From Phoronis australis (Eukaryota; Animalia; Phoronida): a DNA stretch of 64,000 nucleotides. Of this stretch, positions 35,654 through 49,991 are shown in pieces (the first letter of the stretch is position 1; each line of letters starts with the position of its first letter). The position numbers and the translations under genes are program-made. Below the pieces are notes generated by a model, which worked only from the letters and a program-made list of their open reading frames with translations, was not told where the DNA came from and searched no databases. The stretch covers positions 1-64,000 of the forward strand of contig NMRA01000392.1 in NCBI GenBank assembly GCA_002633005.1, read 5' to 3'.

Positions 35654-35861
35654 CTATGCCAGGTGCAACGAGATTAAAGAGGCACAAGATGAGCGCCACA
35701 GGGAGGGGTAACACAGGAATCGCATTATGCATGGGTCCGTGCCTTTCCTCAACATTTACAACTTCCCAGCGGCCAGTAGCACCGGAGTGATGAGTCAGCC
35801 CACGTTCTTCGGTTGCAGACGAACTCTGTCCCGCAATTTTTCCGTCTTTGGTCGACATCAT
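35654..35861 (-). CDS. stum: stum/Spec3-family protein, coding exon 1 (MMSTKDGK...HGPMHNAIPVLPLPVALILCLFNLVAPGI)
   Basis: AIPxLPxPxAxxxCxxNxxxPGxGT family signature, completed across the splice to exon 2; donor gtgagt. Confidence 0.88.
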
Positions 35862-37439
35862 TTTCCACCAAAAAAGACAGTCGTGAGATATACACAGTCC
35901 TTGATAAACACTGCACAATCCAGCGTTCAACTCTGTGCGATTAAACTCCACGACAGATCACGCTCATTAAAATTCCTGCGTTATCTACTCTCTAGTCAGA
36001 TTAAGGTGACATCAACGAAAAACACTGGTTTTAAGACAACGAGGTACCATTGTTTAATGCTTTTAACACTCGAGCAATAATCTCTCTTTCGTCAAAGTTC
36101 CAGTGCCAAATGTGCAACCTCTCTTTGGAAGACGTTCTGCCAGTGCCAAATCAACAAAACCATACAGCGCGCACAGATCCCCAGGCCAACATATCCGAGA
36201 ATGACGGATTTCACCAACTGTCAGTCTCGACCAATCTGTCTTAACAGCATGCTGGTTAATGTTATTTGAGAGTTCATCAGTGTGTTGACTGCAAGGTTCA
36301 TCTCTATTTTAATCCATTGGCGGCATGACAGATTTGTTATGTTTTTCGATTCCCCCACCGACGTTGTCATAACCTGCAATGAGTGAGCAAGATTCGGTCA
36401 CGCCGTGAAGTTCTTGACAGCGGCGATCGACCGAATGTGAGGGAATTTGGGGCGAGCAGAAGCCGCGCCTCACGTTAATTGACGGACAGTAGTCCATTAG
36501 TAACTTCTGAGCTCGATTGATTGGCGCGATGTGGAGTTAGTGCATGAATTGAAAACATTAGCAGTCACTGACCCCGTATTCTTTCTGGAAAAAGTTAAAA
36601 CCCTGCAACGTTGCCAGTAATTTAGCTTGGAACTGTGTTTCATGATACACTGATCGAAAGCATGTGGAACTGCCAGTTATTTTAAGATTTTTACCACGTT
36701 TATAGTATCGGATTGAAAATTTCTTGTGGAGTAATGTGTTTTCACACTCATCAGAAACGTCAGTTGCAATATCCAGTCCACGAATGCACTTCGGGATTTA
36801 GCCGAATGAGCTCCATGCATCACCAAAACTAATACAAAGCGCCAAACATAAACTTGTACCTTTCTGCACGTAAAAACTGGTTTCTTCTACGCGTGCTGCG
36901 GTTACGACAAAGGTCATCTGTTCAACGTGTCAAGTAATCACGTTGAGTATTTTTAATTCTGTTATGACAAAAAGCATAGATGTATTTCGTCACTTTTTGA
37001 AACTCTAGTCGGTGGTGTGGTATTTTAAATGCCTTTTTCCAAAAAGCGAATACACCCGAGACGAGCAAAAACGAAGCGGACTTTTTTCATTCACCCATCG
37101 TTTGGCAAATCATGACATTTCAAACCTTGCTTACCCCATGCTTATGTGGGTACGTGCAGCTTTTCAAAAAAACGACATCTTAGCTTAAATTGGTGTGGAC
37201 ATGTGTCGTTTTTAGTTGGTGAGGGCAGGTCTCACATGAGTCCGGTTACTGAACAGAATCAACTATGGTTTTTTGCCTAGTCAGTGCCGATTGCCACTCC
37301 CGAGCAAAAGTCAACATCAACTGTATTTCTGATGCATATTATGGTCAGAAGCATGTTCTCGTTTCTTGCAAAATCAATAGCACCACCATTAAGATGCTCG
37401 CTCGATGGAAACGGCATGAACCAGACTAGCACTGAGAAA

Positions 37440-38745
37440 CGTAGGGCATTCTTCTTTTGCATAACTTTGCATGCGATCTACAACCTTTTACAAAGCTGGT
37501 ATGCCTTGGGATCTTTCCGACAAGCAGTTTCATAGTTTTTATCAGACATTTGACGAAGCCCAGAGACAAACGAGTCTGGTGTTCACTATATGCTGGAAGA
37601 AAGTTAAAGGAGAATTCCACCCAAAAAACCAAAAACTGACTCGATGGGAAAGATATTCCCTAAGGCTCACACGTGAACACCTTGGCTTGCTACTAGACCG
37701 TAAGCTTACATTTACTACTCACTGTCGCGAACTCGTTCATAAAGTACAAAAATTAATCGATCCAATTAGAATTGTCTCTCGTGATCTCAACTCCATGCAT
37801 TTTGAAACTCTGTTCAAGTCTTTTATACATCCACATCTAGATTACTATGACTTAATCTACCAATCAGCAAACGCAGGCATACTTCTTTAAGCAGCTTCAT
37901 CCAACACAATCAAGGTTCTAAATAGTCTCAACTGGAGCAAACTAGCAACCAATTGTAAACTCCACCTGTCCATACATTCAACATCTTAAACAACATGAAC
38001 AATTATTCAAACAAAATCCTCTTTGACTCCTACGAAAGACTTAACGTAAGACCACGACTGCGGCAAAGTTCCCTCAGTCAAGCCTTCAGGAGATCTGCGA
38101 TATTAACTTGCATTGACAACTGGATTTCCTTACCATCCAAAATAAAAGAAAGCACTTCAATCGTCCCTCTCAAAAATAACTTTAAACTGCATACCACTAC
38201 TCAAGACTTGCCAGTCCCAATGACATCATCCCAACTTCCTCGCAACCATGAAACAATCCCATACAGATAAAGATGCGGACTATTCCTCCTGTGGAGACAC
38301 TCATTTTTTCTCTGCTTCTGCGGTATGCGGGGAGCAGAGGGCACAGCTTTACCAGACACTCGAACAATACCCCAATCCTTACAAAAAATATTCAGATCTT
38401 CCTCAAATGTATATCAAAGTTTTTTTTCTAAATGCATGCAAAGAACTCGACCGAAATGAAAATAAGATTTTATCCGAAATAGTATCAAAATTTCTTTTTG
38501 ATATTAAATCTCTTTGTGTGAGTCGATAAAATCGTTTTCATGTAAAATAACTTAATGTGTATGAAAATGATTTATTTATATTCGTAATTATATGTCAGTG
38601 TAATCTTAACATCAGTTTATTAATTTATGTATTTGTGTATTATTGTATATAGATTTCTTTGTATTTATTTAACCCAGATACAACGCCTCTTGGCGCTTTC
38701 TGGGTCCGTATATTTATTGTACTGAATAATAATAAACATTCAAAA
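37440..38745 (+). mobile_element. Heavily decayed CR1/L2-group LINE 3' fragment
   Basis: EHLGLLLDRKLTFTTH, LFKSFIHPHLDY, WISLPSKIK motifs; AT-rich 3' UTR with terminal hairpin and aataataaa. Confidence 0.65.
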
Positions 38746-39000
38746 AAGTGGATTCATCTGACGTTTAGGAGTTGAACAAAATTATATTGGTAAACGTTGC
38801 ACAACTATGTAGTTCAGCCCGGAAAAACCACAAAAATCGCCCGGAGATCTTGTCATTTGCAGTAACGTGGACAACGATTCCATCATTTGTACACCTTCTT
38901 CGCACTTACACGTTGTATGTGTCAAAAGAGCTACGCAAATTCATTGCCTATTCCGAGATTTTGTCCTTCTTCAGTCCCGTTCTGAAGTTGCTGCCATTAA

Positions 39001-40985
39001 AGAGTCAGAATGCTACCCAAAAAAACAACCTATTTTGTATCAATTTAGATCGAGTAGTTCCACTCGATAACAGCAAGTTCAGTTGTTTTGCCTGACACCT
39101 AACGGCAGACGGGGGTGTTCAAATATTGACCGGTTCGAACGCAGTCTGTTGTTCGCAACACGCTTACTGGTGTCAAGTTATCGCTTGAATTCACCGTTTT
39201 ACACCAAGAAATCATCAAAATTCGATATAAACCCCATACAAATACATCGAGTTCTTGAACAAACGTGTTGTTTATTTTACTGTTACGGATTTATAGGTAT
39301 TTGAACGTACCCGTAGCCTACAGAGTTCGGGAGTACATGACGACGTTCTGTCGTTCAGCAAACTTTTCAGACGTGAGGGGTGCTGAGCGTGCGACAACAT
39401 CTGGCTCCTTTGTTAACTGCCCAGCATAGTCTTTTGTCCTGTATGATAACAATCACTCAGGCTTCAAAGGGTTACTGAAACCTGGTAGAACGAGGCCTAG
39501 TTCCAACACCGGGTAGAGGTTTTCATCAACAATGAATAAACAAGGTAACCGAAGTGTCGTGTTTTCACCGTTTGTTAATAAGCATTTTATCGGCATTTGT
39601 ACTCGTTCCATGAAAGATTTATCTTCGATTGAACTCCAGCAAACATTATTGCACCAAGAAGTCGAGAGGAACTCTCGAGCTGGTTTATTCAGTAAAGCCG
39701 CTCATTTTGGAAGTATTGACATGCGGCTTTTGAGGATTACTCGTTCTGGATTTACCCAAAAATGTATACGCATCACTGAGGAACGGATACCAGCGGCCCG
39801 TTAAATTAATAAAGTCGCACGCTCGGCGTAGCTGACTCTATAAGCGTGAACGCCAGCGTTTTTATGAAAATAACATTTCTCGAATTCGGTGGGTATACCA
39901 GTAGGCCTACTGAATCTTTTGCAATTGTACATACTAGTGATTCATTTTTCTTAACTCTTCAAAATCTTGTTTGTGTACCATTTTGCACAAACTCAAACGA
40001 TCGACTTCGTTTCATTACAGGAGATTTTTGGTACTAGTTGTGAGAACTAGCAGTCAAAATTGCAGATTATGTGGTTGCACGCTATTACCGAACGCGTATG
40101 AACACAGTCAAACCCAGTGCGCTCGTACGTAATCCGTTTGGACAGAATAGATTGTCTTAACTTCTGTTGTAGTTGGGCCATATTGGTGATTCAAAAACTA
40201 AACAGTATCAGCATTTGACAAGGGTTCAGAAATGCTATTGGTTACGTTCAAATATGTTATAAATTAACTTTCATTTTTAGCAGCACAGCCCAGTCAGGCT
40301 AGATACGATCTGAGTGGAGATTCGGCAATCATCGAACAAAAGAGCAGAGCCGGTCCTCCAACAGTAAATGCCAGAATGGGAGTTAATCAGACGTGTAAGA
40401 TGCTGGCTATAGGGGTCATCTTACCAACTTGTTGTTGGGCTATAGAATCGAACAAGTTGGCAGCAACGGGAAAACGCCGTAATGAGGCCAATTTACCATG
40501 GTCGATATCGCGGGGTTTGGGTCTATTTCAGTTGGTGATAAATTCAGTTCATTCTTCAGTGAAATACAGACGGGGGAACATAGCTGTGTGCTGTAGGCTA
40601 CTCTTAAACTTGCGATTTTTTTAATTCTAAACACACAGAACGCTTGTTACTCCCCACCAGTGGCTCGGGACCCGATCAGCAGGCCCGTCGCGGCCGCCGG
40701 GACTGGATATCACGAACATAAACCAGCTTAAGTTGGAAACTAAACCTCCAGTCACAAAACGAATATAATAGTGATCCAAAGAAATAATGCCTAGGTTAAT
40801 TAGCCACGAAACTGAAAATCTACTTACTTGTCGGGTGCCCCGAAGTCAGATTCCCCTTCTACAGAAACGTCAGGGCAACGCCGGTTGTACAGTAACAATG
40901 ATTTGAATCATGTATTTGTATACCTAAATAAAGATTCCCCTAACATGTGACCATAGCTTATAAAATCGAGTTATTGTTTCACAAC
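39001..40985. mobile_element. Kolobok-type family B partial copy interrupted by a ~1.15-kb TIR element (about 39331-40485)
   Basis: 39001-39330 and 40485-40985 match consecutive parts of 23046-23920; the insert has imperfect TIR catgacgacgtt..aactt / aagtt..aacgccgtaatg. Confidence 0.7.
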
Positions 40986-43900
40986 GGGGGGGGGGGGGGG
41001 ANAGGTTTCCGAACAGAAGGTTCACATTCCCGGCCCCCGCAACTTTCGGGCCGCCTACGCACATACAATCGCGCTTTGCCCATTTCCCCGAGGCAACATG
41101 TTGGGCCCCCCTTATGGTATCCTAGATCCGCCACTAAAGAGAATGATTAGGTTCCTTTCCGTGTTGTTTCAAATGAAATTGATCATCGGGACACTGCGGC
41201 TGGTACTTAGCGCTTTGTAATTTAGATGCCGGCTCTAGGTGTACTTGTCGAGCCATGTTGTCGGCGTGCACCATGAAATGTGGCCATGTACGTGACGACG
41301 GAGTCTTACAATGCGGTATGAAAGTATAAGAACCACGCAGCATTTAAGTCGAGCTAAAATCACTACTTCGGATAGAAGCAAGCAATAAACGCCATTAGGT
41401 CCATGATTCTATTGTATGTAGGAAGGGTAACTCGCCCGGGTACATTTCCAAAACATGTTTTTCTAAGATCGATGGTGCTGCACAGAGCTTATTTTTCGGC
41501 TCTTTTTATTTTTATTCTCCACATGTGGAATATGTTAAGCATGTCTTTTTGTATGCATTCTTAAGAGTAGACTTTTGCGGCCAAATGGTTTAAATATGTA
41601 CCTCATTTTTATCTAGTTACAAGGTTGGCAAAATCTCTAGTATGGTGCTGAAGAGGTTTTCCAAACAGTGCTCAGACCAACATTTTCAGTCAGTTTCTTC
41701 GAAAGGACACGTTGTTCTGCAATTATTTTCATATTGAAATGATATATTTGTACACTTGTCCATCGGCCCAATGCACAACATAAATATACATGTATAAACA
41801 AGTGCTATGCACACCCGTCAGCAACGCATAGTGTTCCTCTTTAGGATACGCAACGTACAAATTTCACAACTGAGAGGTTCATTTACAAGTTAATAAATTT
41901 AAACAGAGGATGGTCTGTCCACATGCCCTCACTTAGAAACGCAGCTTTAATTGAGAGAAAGCGTCGCAAACTAACCAAGCTATTAACACTAAAGTGTACT
42001 TAATCTTTATTCCAGTCGAGAAAACTGAAAAAAATACTTGTAGATATCGCACACACGCGCGCGTGTGTGTGTGTGTGTATGATCACAGGCTGCGCTGCTT
42101 GCAGTTTTGTACATTTTCAATCGTTCATTTGCATGTTTTCCGAACCGACGAGAATTAATATGCATTTTGTTGAGTAACTCTTTTCTCACTTTAAGTGCAG
42201 TGATTGTCAAGCAAAAGTTCACAGCAGAAAGTACTAGTTTCGTCTCTACAGGGACATCTTTCCACAGGAACGTTGTATTGAACAAAATGTGTTCAAAAGA
42301 AAATTCTGTCAAATATTCTATTTTTCTTTATATTTTCTTCTCGTGTCTGCACATACACGTTTCTCACTAGAAGCGACATCAAACATTTTTTGTAAAGTAT
42401 TTTGACATTTTTTTAACCGTTAATGCAATACACGAAGTGCAGAGCCTTATGAAACTTTCACCATAGCAATTTGAACCTCCATGAAACGACTGGTATCTCA
42501 AGTCTGACAAACACGAGCAACGACCTATTTCCGTCAACTTCCAGGATACCTCCGTTACCATGGATTGAATTTCTGAAATACCTATCAAAGTATGAACAGT
42601 AGTAGACCCATAAAACTATATACTAAATACATAGTGAAATTTAAAATCTTTGTTAATCACATAATCTGGCAACTTGATGTACTTAAAAGCAATGCTCAGA
42701 TGTTAGTAATCACGATTGCGTTTTTTCTAAAAAGATTATTATTCATGGATCGTGGAATTTTTCACAACACAATTTTTGCACCAAACTTGCAAATTCTGTT
42801 TCTTTATTATATTAGCAACATGTATAAACCTTTGTCTGGCATTTTCTTTTAAGAACTTCGCATTCAAAAATCAAAACTTTTTTCAACGAAATTCTCGGAC
42901 TAAAGGGCCTTTAAAAAGTCTCAAATACGCTTTCCTAGCTAACAGACGTTCACAAGTTTCATGTGGAAAATTAATGTTTGTAGAAATTACGGCAATCCCT
43001 GTGAAAAATAATGCTTTTTAGGATAAACGCACTCACATCGCGACATTATTACAGATTCTGCAGGTCTACTAAATACTTGTTACTTCAGAAATTCTGTCCT
43101 CGTTAAGGAAGGCATCCTATTACCTTACCACAGAGCGGAGCCCCTAACACTATCCATACCACAGAGCGGAGCCCCTACCACTATCCACAAAACACCACGC
43201 AAAACTTCAGTGCAAACGTAGCACTGAATGGTTTCGCTTCGTAGAAACTGTTGTGCGGCCCGTGGCAAAAGTTAATTAGTTAGTGTTGGGACACACATCA
43301 CAGATGGACTGGGTTATGGCAATTGAAATTGCACTACTGTCCTATCGACCAGTAGCCGCAGCAGCAACTGATAAACCTACCACGCATTACATACACATGG
43401 TTATAGTTACTGGTATTTGTAATAAGAAAAATAACAGTATTTGTTGAATAAAATACAACACATCTCTCAAGAAACCAAACAGAAAAGTTTCACTAATTCA
43501 AAGCATCAACAACAGGATAACTATAAATAAAAACTAGGTGTTGTTTCCTATAATACATACGGGACAAGCTACAGGTTAGTTAAACTATACTTTCCACTTG
43601 ACCATGTTAAAGCTGAAAACCAGTCAGCTGCTACAAAGTTTTGATTAATGTCATCCCTTGATTCAATTTCTTCCTGGCTTTAGCTATAAGTAATTTCTGA
43701 GTTAGAGAAGGGCAGACAACTTAATTACAGTCCAGTCTCAATAACTGAATGGGACTGACCAGTGAAGGCCGTGGTCTCCAGCCTTGTCCACTGGAACTGT
43801 CAGTTATTCTCAATCACAGAAATCACTTCCAAGGTGAGTTTAGGAACTAATTGAGACCAGTTTGGCGACAGTGATCTAAATCAAAAGTTAGTTAACAGAA

Positions 43901-46900
43901 GCGGAGTTTAACCAGCTTTGATGGAATTCATGGTCTTGTAAATATAGCAAGCCGGACATTGAACAATGATTTCAATTACAGTAACAGTTCTGCACTTTGG
44001 ATGCCCTCTTCCACTTGGGAACTAAAGTTCTACAGACAGAAAATTAAATTTAGAGGTCATTTTTGTTGTGACCCATTCAAAGTTTTCAGGTACTACACTT
44101 TTTCGTGATGACGAAACATTCTCAATTTCCAGTCACTAATTACAACTTCTAATTATCGGGAAAACTGACTGCAATGTGAAATTAATGACACAATCAATTT
44201 TTCTAAATTACTTAATGGCTTCAGATGTTTTACATCCAATGGTGCATTTAGTCATGTCAATTGGAAGGGATGCGGTAGTTCCCTTCCCTTGACCTGGACA
44301 TATGAGCATTGGTTTACCCTATTACTATTCATGCAATCACAAGGCGGCAAAACAACCCAAAGCTACAGGTGAAAAAGTAGGACTGAGTACCAGTGCCTAG
44401 TCAAAATTAAAACCTTTCACCCAACAGCTGACTTTTAAATAGACAATTATTCACAACCTTTATAAGGGTACTCATATAACAGCAAGTGTTAAATAACTAA
44501 ATAACTTCAAACTATGAGCTGCACAAGCTTCTTGTAATTCTTTATAGGAAAAATTCGGATGACCTGCGTTTGGGACCTAATCTTTTTATTCCAATTCAAA
44601 CTCAAAATTATTTTTTACATTTTCTGTTCTACTTTTGGTATGAATGCAAGATAAGTGTCTATTATTTCATGCTCCACTATGTTATGGTTTACATGGACAA
44701 CTATGCAATTCTACTTTGCACTTGATAACCCCAACATTAAAGTCATCAGTTTGAGTCTGAAGTTGAGTTCAAGTTTGAAGCAAGAACCTAGCTGTCATCA
44801 AGTGCGAATTTGGACCACACAGTGGTTGGTATAACTCATAACATACTGAAGAACAGAACAATAAAGTTCATATTAAAAGAGAATGAAAATGCCAATGGCA
44901 TTTACAAATTACACCCCACTCACCCCCATCCAATGTAGACAGGGCATTACCATACCCTCTGTGTTTCCAATGCATTTAGTCTAATATGGTGGAAATAACT
45001 ACAGGCCCATTGCTTTCTAAAGATTCCCATGCCCAATTCACTAGTGCATGTCTTTATGAATAGGTTTGACTTACTGCTTGACTGGAATAAAGCACCTCAC
45101 TATTCTTATGGCATGATATTTTCCAGTTCAATTTAGACTAAAAAGATTAGATCCCAAGCACTAGATGAGTTCAGTGTTCAACCTTAACACACGATCAACA
45201 ACAAACTTCACCTGTATATACAGTAGGTGAATGAAATGGCTTACAAGACGCTTGTGCTATCTCTTAACTATGTTCCTTTATAAGGATGTATGATCCAACA
45301 ATCATGGAAATCTTCAGATCATTAGCCAGTAACAACATTTCAACAAGAAGCAACTACTCGCTTCACAATATAATTACAGATGTCAGAAATCAGTAGACAA
45401 ACAGCTGATCTAAATGGACTATACACAAACAATTTAATGCCCGGTGCATTGGCATCTTTGAAAACCACCCCTTTGGTTCACATTTTGGAGTGAAACCTTT
45501 TGTTTTGATCTTCAATAAATAAACACAGAACTATTAATTTGCCACAGGTTTGCATTTCAGCTTGATGATCTAATTACTACTGCATGGGGCTATGTTTTAT
45601 AATTGCAACAGACCAATATCAAAGGCTAAGTCAAACTGAGACCTTGACATTGGGAGTGAAAGGGTAGAATGAATTGTTTTCAAATTTTACAGATATGGCA
45701 ACATTTAAAGAGGCTATAAAGCCATGTTCTGTCCAAGAAGCAAACTTTTGATTTGGACCACTTATCACTATAAAACTGGTCACAACCTCTTCCTTATTAA
45801 TATGAGAAGTGATTTCTGGGTTTTCAAAGAACTACCAAGCAACAATTTGATATTGCTTGAGACCAGGCGCATAAAATGACAAGCAGTGACAAGTCAACTT
45901 TTAAAGCCTGGGGTCTGTTTCATGAAAAGTGACTTACAACTCAAGTCACAAATTTGGTCTTATGGTTCACATAAGTATTTCTGAAACACATTTGAGTCTT
46001 ACTTTAGCAAAATACAAAGTCTCTGACGGCTGTATAAATTATATTTAGGTTGTCATGTACTTAATAACTACAGGGACAAACCTTTAATCAGTGACTGTGA
46101 AGCGAAATCTCAAGACAAAATTTCGCTTTCATGAAAAAGACCATGGGTCTCCAGCAATTACAAATTTTCAGTTTTTTTAAATCCTTGATATCACCTCCAG
46201 TTTGACGAAAGGAACAATTTGGGACCATGTCCCAAAGGTATGTTGGTTTTTGTGATGGAAGGGGATTTATTGTCACTTTAAAGGAAGGATACGTTCAGGA
46301 TTACATAAATTACTATGAAATGAGTGTTACAGTTCAGGGTATATGATGAAAGGTCCAAAGCAAAGCAAACCAAACTGAGATGACACAGCAGGAAGTCACC
46401 TTAATTGATTTTACAAAAAAAAAAAATAAAAAAAACAGCAAAACATTTGCTTAAAGATAATTGAAGACAATGAAACGAAGGTCGAGTTCCATATCACAAC
46501 TGAGAAAGCCTACTGATAGTAAAAAGCACATTCAACCAAGAAAGCAATGCAGCTACACATTAAAGACAATTAGGAAGAGCATCAACAAACTGTAACATGT
46601 TAAAGTTCATTTTCATACGCAGCTACATAGATTAAGCACTAAACAACAGTAGAAAAATATCAATGACTAGTAACAATGCATACACAAATTGACCTAGTGG
46701 TACAGAAGCCGAGAGATTTCAGCATAAGTGACCATCTGTGCAACAGTTTTAAATACATAACAAACTATACGCAAATGCTTGGCCATTTTCACTTGGTATG
46801 ATAGAGCAAACTATAGCCTGTCACAGCAGAAAAAGATACATGGTGTAATTACGAGTTAAATATTTTTTAAACAATTACCAACAACAAAGAAATTGTTTTG

Positions 46901-47798
46901 GTAAATCACATAAGCTTAATTGCAATGATAGCACCTGATTGAGCCAAATTAACTCTAGTGCACAGTATCATTGAACATGACAATAAGATTTAAATGCCTG
47001 TCGCTAAACAAAGTTACTGATGAGAAGTGTTCCCACGCGTTTGAAATTTGGCTCCAAGTGAAAAAAGCCACTGCTATACAAATATCACATGTTTCACATT
47101 AAGCACTGTCCTATTTATGGTGGTATTTTAAACAATTTCCATTCTCAGTTCAGTAACTATTTACACTTCAAGGTTACATCAGGTTTTCTCCAAAACTAGG
47201 TGACTTCATTCAAAATTTTGTCTTTAATTTAATGAAATCTCCACAGAATTATTAGCCACATCATTTCAAGTTTAATTCTTTAAAGCTGTCATAAACTTGT
47301 GTTCTTCCAAATGAACATTTGATTTAAATCATTTTCCACTACAAAACTGGTCTCGATGCATTCCTCACTTGGATGGAAAGAGGAATCTGTGCATGGAATG
47401 AACGGGCATTTTGTATTGAGCTCGTGCTTGACACATAAAACAATACATTAGTGACAAGCTGACCTGCTGAGCTTTGTCTAGAGCTGTAACAAGTAGTCCG
47501 TTGTTTTTAAGTCCAGAAATCACCATTTAAGAAGACAAAAAGATGAGGCCATTTTGTCACTATACTCAGCTGAAGTCAAAATAGTTTTCAATGGAAGGCA
47601 CCATTATACAGCTATAACCAAAACAAATGTCACCAGGGACATCAATCATCAATCACACTTAGTCTCATAGCATTCACTAACTTCAAACCACTAAACTATT
47701 CTCATAAGACAGTTGTGTAACAGATAACATCCTAGTGGCTTTCACTAGCCCATGGATCACCCATACAACACTTATATACACATCCTTTGATGAATAGA

Positions 47799-48040
47799 CT
47801 AAGGATTGGCTCCTAACATTTCTAACAAGAGTTTGTGCATAGTAACCCGACCGTCGTTCTTGACTTCAAACCAGTAGCCCCGTGCGAGGATCTTCATATG
47901 GGTCAATATGGGTAAGACCATAAGCAAGTCACCCACACGCCGCGGGTTTCCGCCATATTGTTTGGTGGTGTATTCTATAAGAGCATCATGCAATTTGTCA
48001 TGTGCTGTCTGAACTATTTCTCTGTTGTCTACTTTGATAT
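47799..48040 (-). CDS. ERR: Estrogen-related receptor (NR3B), last coding exon (LBD helices 9-12)
   Basis: PRRVGDLLMVLPIL..VTMHKLLLEML AF-2; acceptor ttttgcag; stop TAG. Confidence 0.92.
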
Positions 48041-48851
48041 CTGCAAAAGAAAATGCCAGCAGACACTACATTTAATCAGTTTAAATAAACATTTTCAAAT
48101 CACGTTTAAATTATATTTTTAACTGTACAATGAAGTGGGGTACATTTTAATTTCTTACTATGGCCAATTTGGAAGGTGCAAAATCAATGTTCACTGTTTC
48201 ATTGCTTCTGCAGCTCTCAAGGCTTAGGTTAACACCAAGTTGCAGGTTCATAACGTATATCTTATGAGTACCACTCCAAATTCTCCCGTTTCATTCTATA
48301 ACTCAATACGTACCACCAGCGAATGAAAACAGGATGCAGACGACAACATACATGCACTGGTGGCACGTATTTCACCGATCTTGCCCGACTTTTGCCGAGC
48401 TATTCTGTCTGTTTACTACCTGTTGTAATTTAAGCACGTTTGATGTGTGCTGACTGCGGTGGTGGCAAATGTTCTGATTTCATGAAATTAACGGTCCACA
48501 ATTCTGAATCCAAGGTAATGAATTTAGGAAAAATGTTAATAATTTAAAATTTGGAAGTCAACACAAGCTTTGAACAGAATTTTGGGGTAATTATTGTCTG
48601 ACTTTGAAACTCGCAGCGGCGACTTTGAGGCAACTTTAGATTTTTCAAGGTCGCACTGACAGCCTGAAGGTCTCCAAATTCAGTGCTGACCTGACGAAGA
48701 TGACATTTTAGTCTTTAGTATTATAAACTGGAAATCGGTGGTAGAAAAAAACACAGGCATGCTGTTGTGAGTTACATCAACATTTTCCTTTGAAAACTGT
48801 GGTTGGTGTCCCTTATAACATCCTAGATCGACCACTGTACCCATTCCTTAC

Positions 48852-49124
48852 CAGTATTCATAATAACTAAAGCCTTGAGCAACACAAACTCCTCCCTGGT
48901 CACGTCGAGACTGGTCAGATTGTTGGCAAGTTTAACGGACAGATCACACAGCTCTGAGTTGGTGCCAGTTCTTCTGAGCTCCTCCTCGGTCAATGCAAAG
49001 TCACTGGCGAATACAAGCCTGCCACAGAAGGGTTTGGACCGGTAGCACATATTGAGACACAGTACGTCTAACCAGCCAGCCTTGAGAAGTGACATCTGGT
49101 CAGATAGGCTTATGCCGATAAAAC
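48852..49124 (-). CDS. ERR: Estrogen-related receptor, LBD exon
   Basis: GFIGISLSDQMSLLKAGWLDVL..EEFVLLKALVIMN; canonical AG/GT, phase 1-1. Confidence 0.93.
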
Positions 49125-49383
49125 CTGAAAAGTAACAAAAAGGTCAAATTTATCAATAACAAAGAAGTCAGTTTGACCAAAAACAGAATGTCTGGAGCCC
49201 AGACACCACGGCAACTTTACTGACAGAGGTTAAATTTATACTGTTGTAGATATTCATCTGTCTAAGAGAAATCTATTAGCCATATTTTATGAAAATCCTC
49301 CAAGGAACTCCGAAGATGCCTGAGGTTTGGGAGATACAGCAGCGAATACCCAGATGGAGATAACCGCAATATACAATCATATA

Positions 49384-49613
49384 TAAATAGCCATTGCAGG
49401 TGGTCTGGTATGTTGACGTGAGCAGGCCGCTCAGGTGGGCCCATTGCACTGATCATCTGGAACTATTTTCAGGTTTCATTAAAGTTAAAACTGATCTGAG
49501 GAGTTAGAGACTTGACTCAAGGTCTAGCAGTGTGCTCCAATAGGAGTCGAATCACAAGCTTGAGTAAATGAAGTGGACATCACGTATCCCACTCAAGGCC
49601 ACACTGCCTCCTC
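49384..49613 (-). mobile_element. tRNA-derived SINE, copy 3 (more diverged), in an ERR intron
   Basis: Homologous to copies 1 and 2; TSD atacaatcatata/atgcaatcatata. Confidence 0.82.
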
Positions 49614-49832
49614 ATGCAATCATATACATGGCTGCGTAAAAACAAAAAAGAGTCCAAAACAACTCATACGCGAGTGAAGAATCTTTATTTGGTTGTATTT
49701 GCTTGAGTTATGCACCAGATTTTAATACAGTCACAAACACACTCGCATGCACTGCAACAGACAAAACCGAATGTGCCTGCTTTGCCCACACTTTGTGCAA
49801 AACACATTTAAACAGGAGACTGCAGTACAAAC

Positions 49833-49991
49833 CGTCTAGTTGCTTTGCCCATTCTATGGTGTCCACCAGCTCCCGGTCGGCCAAGTCACTGAGAACCGAC
49901 ATAAACTTGAGTGTGTTCAGCGGTTGATGATCAGGATTAGCTTTGAGTGGCTTGGGTTCAATGGCCATCAGCCGTGTAAGGAGATTACCCT
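49833..49991 (-). CDS. ERR: Estrogen-related receptor, LBD exon (helices 1-3)
   Basis: LLTRLMAIEP..LSDLADRELVDTIEWAKQLD; acceptor tttcag, donor gtttgt. Confidence 0.92.

Noticed and set aside
47015-47060. Hammerhead ribozyme candidate (CTGATGA..GAAA); a similar partial motif lies near 36750 on the minus strand
   Set aside because: Stems I-III and the cleavage triplet cannot be formed convincingly
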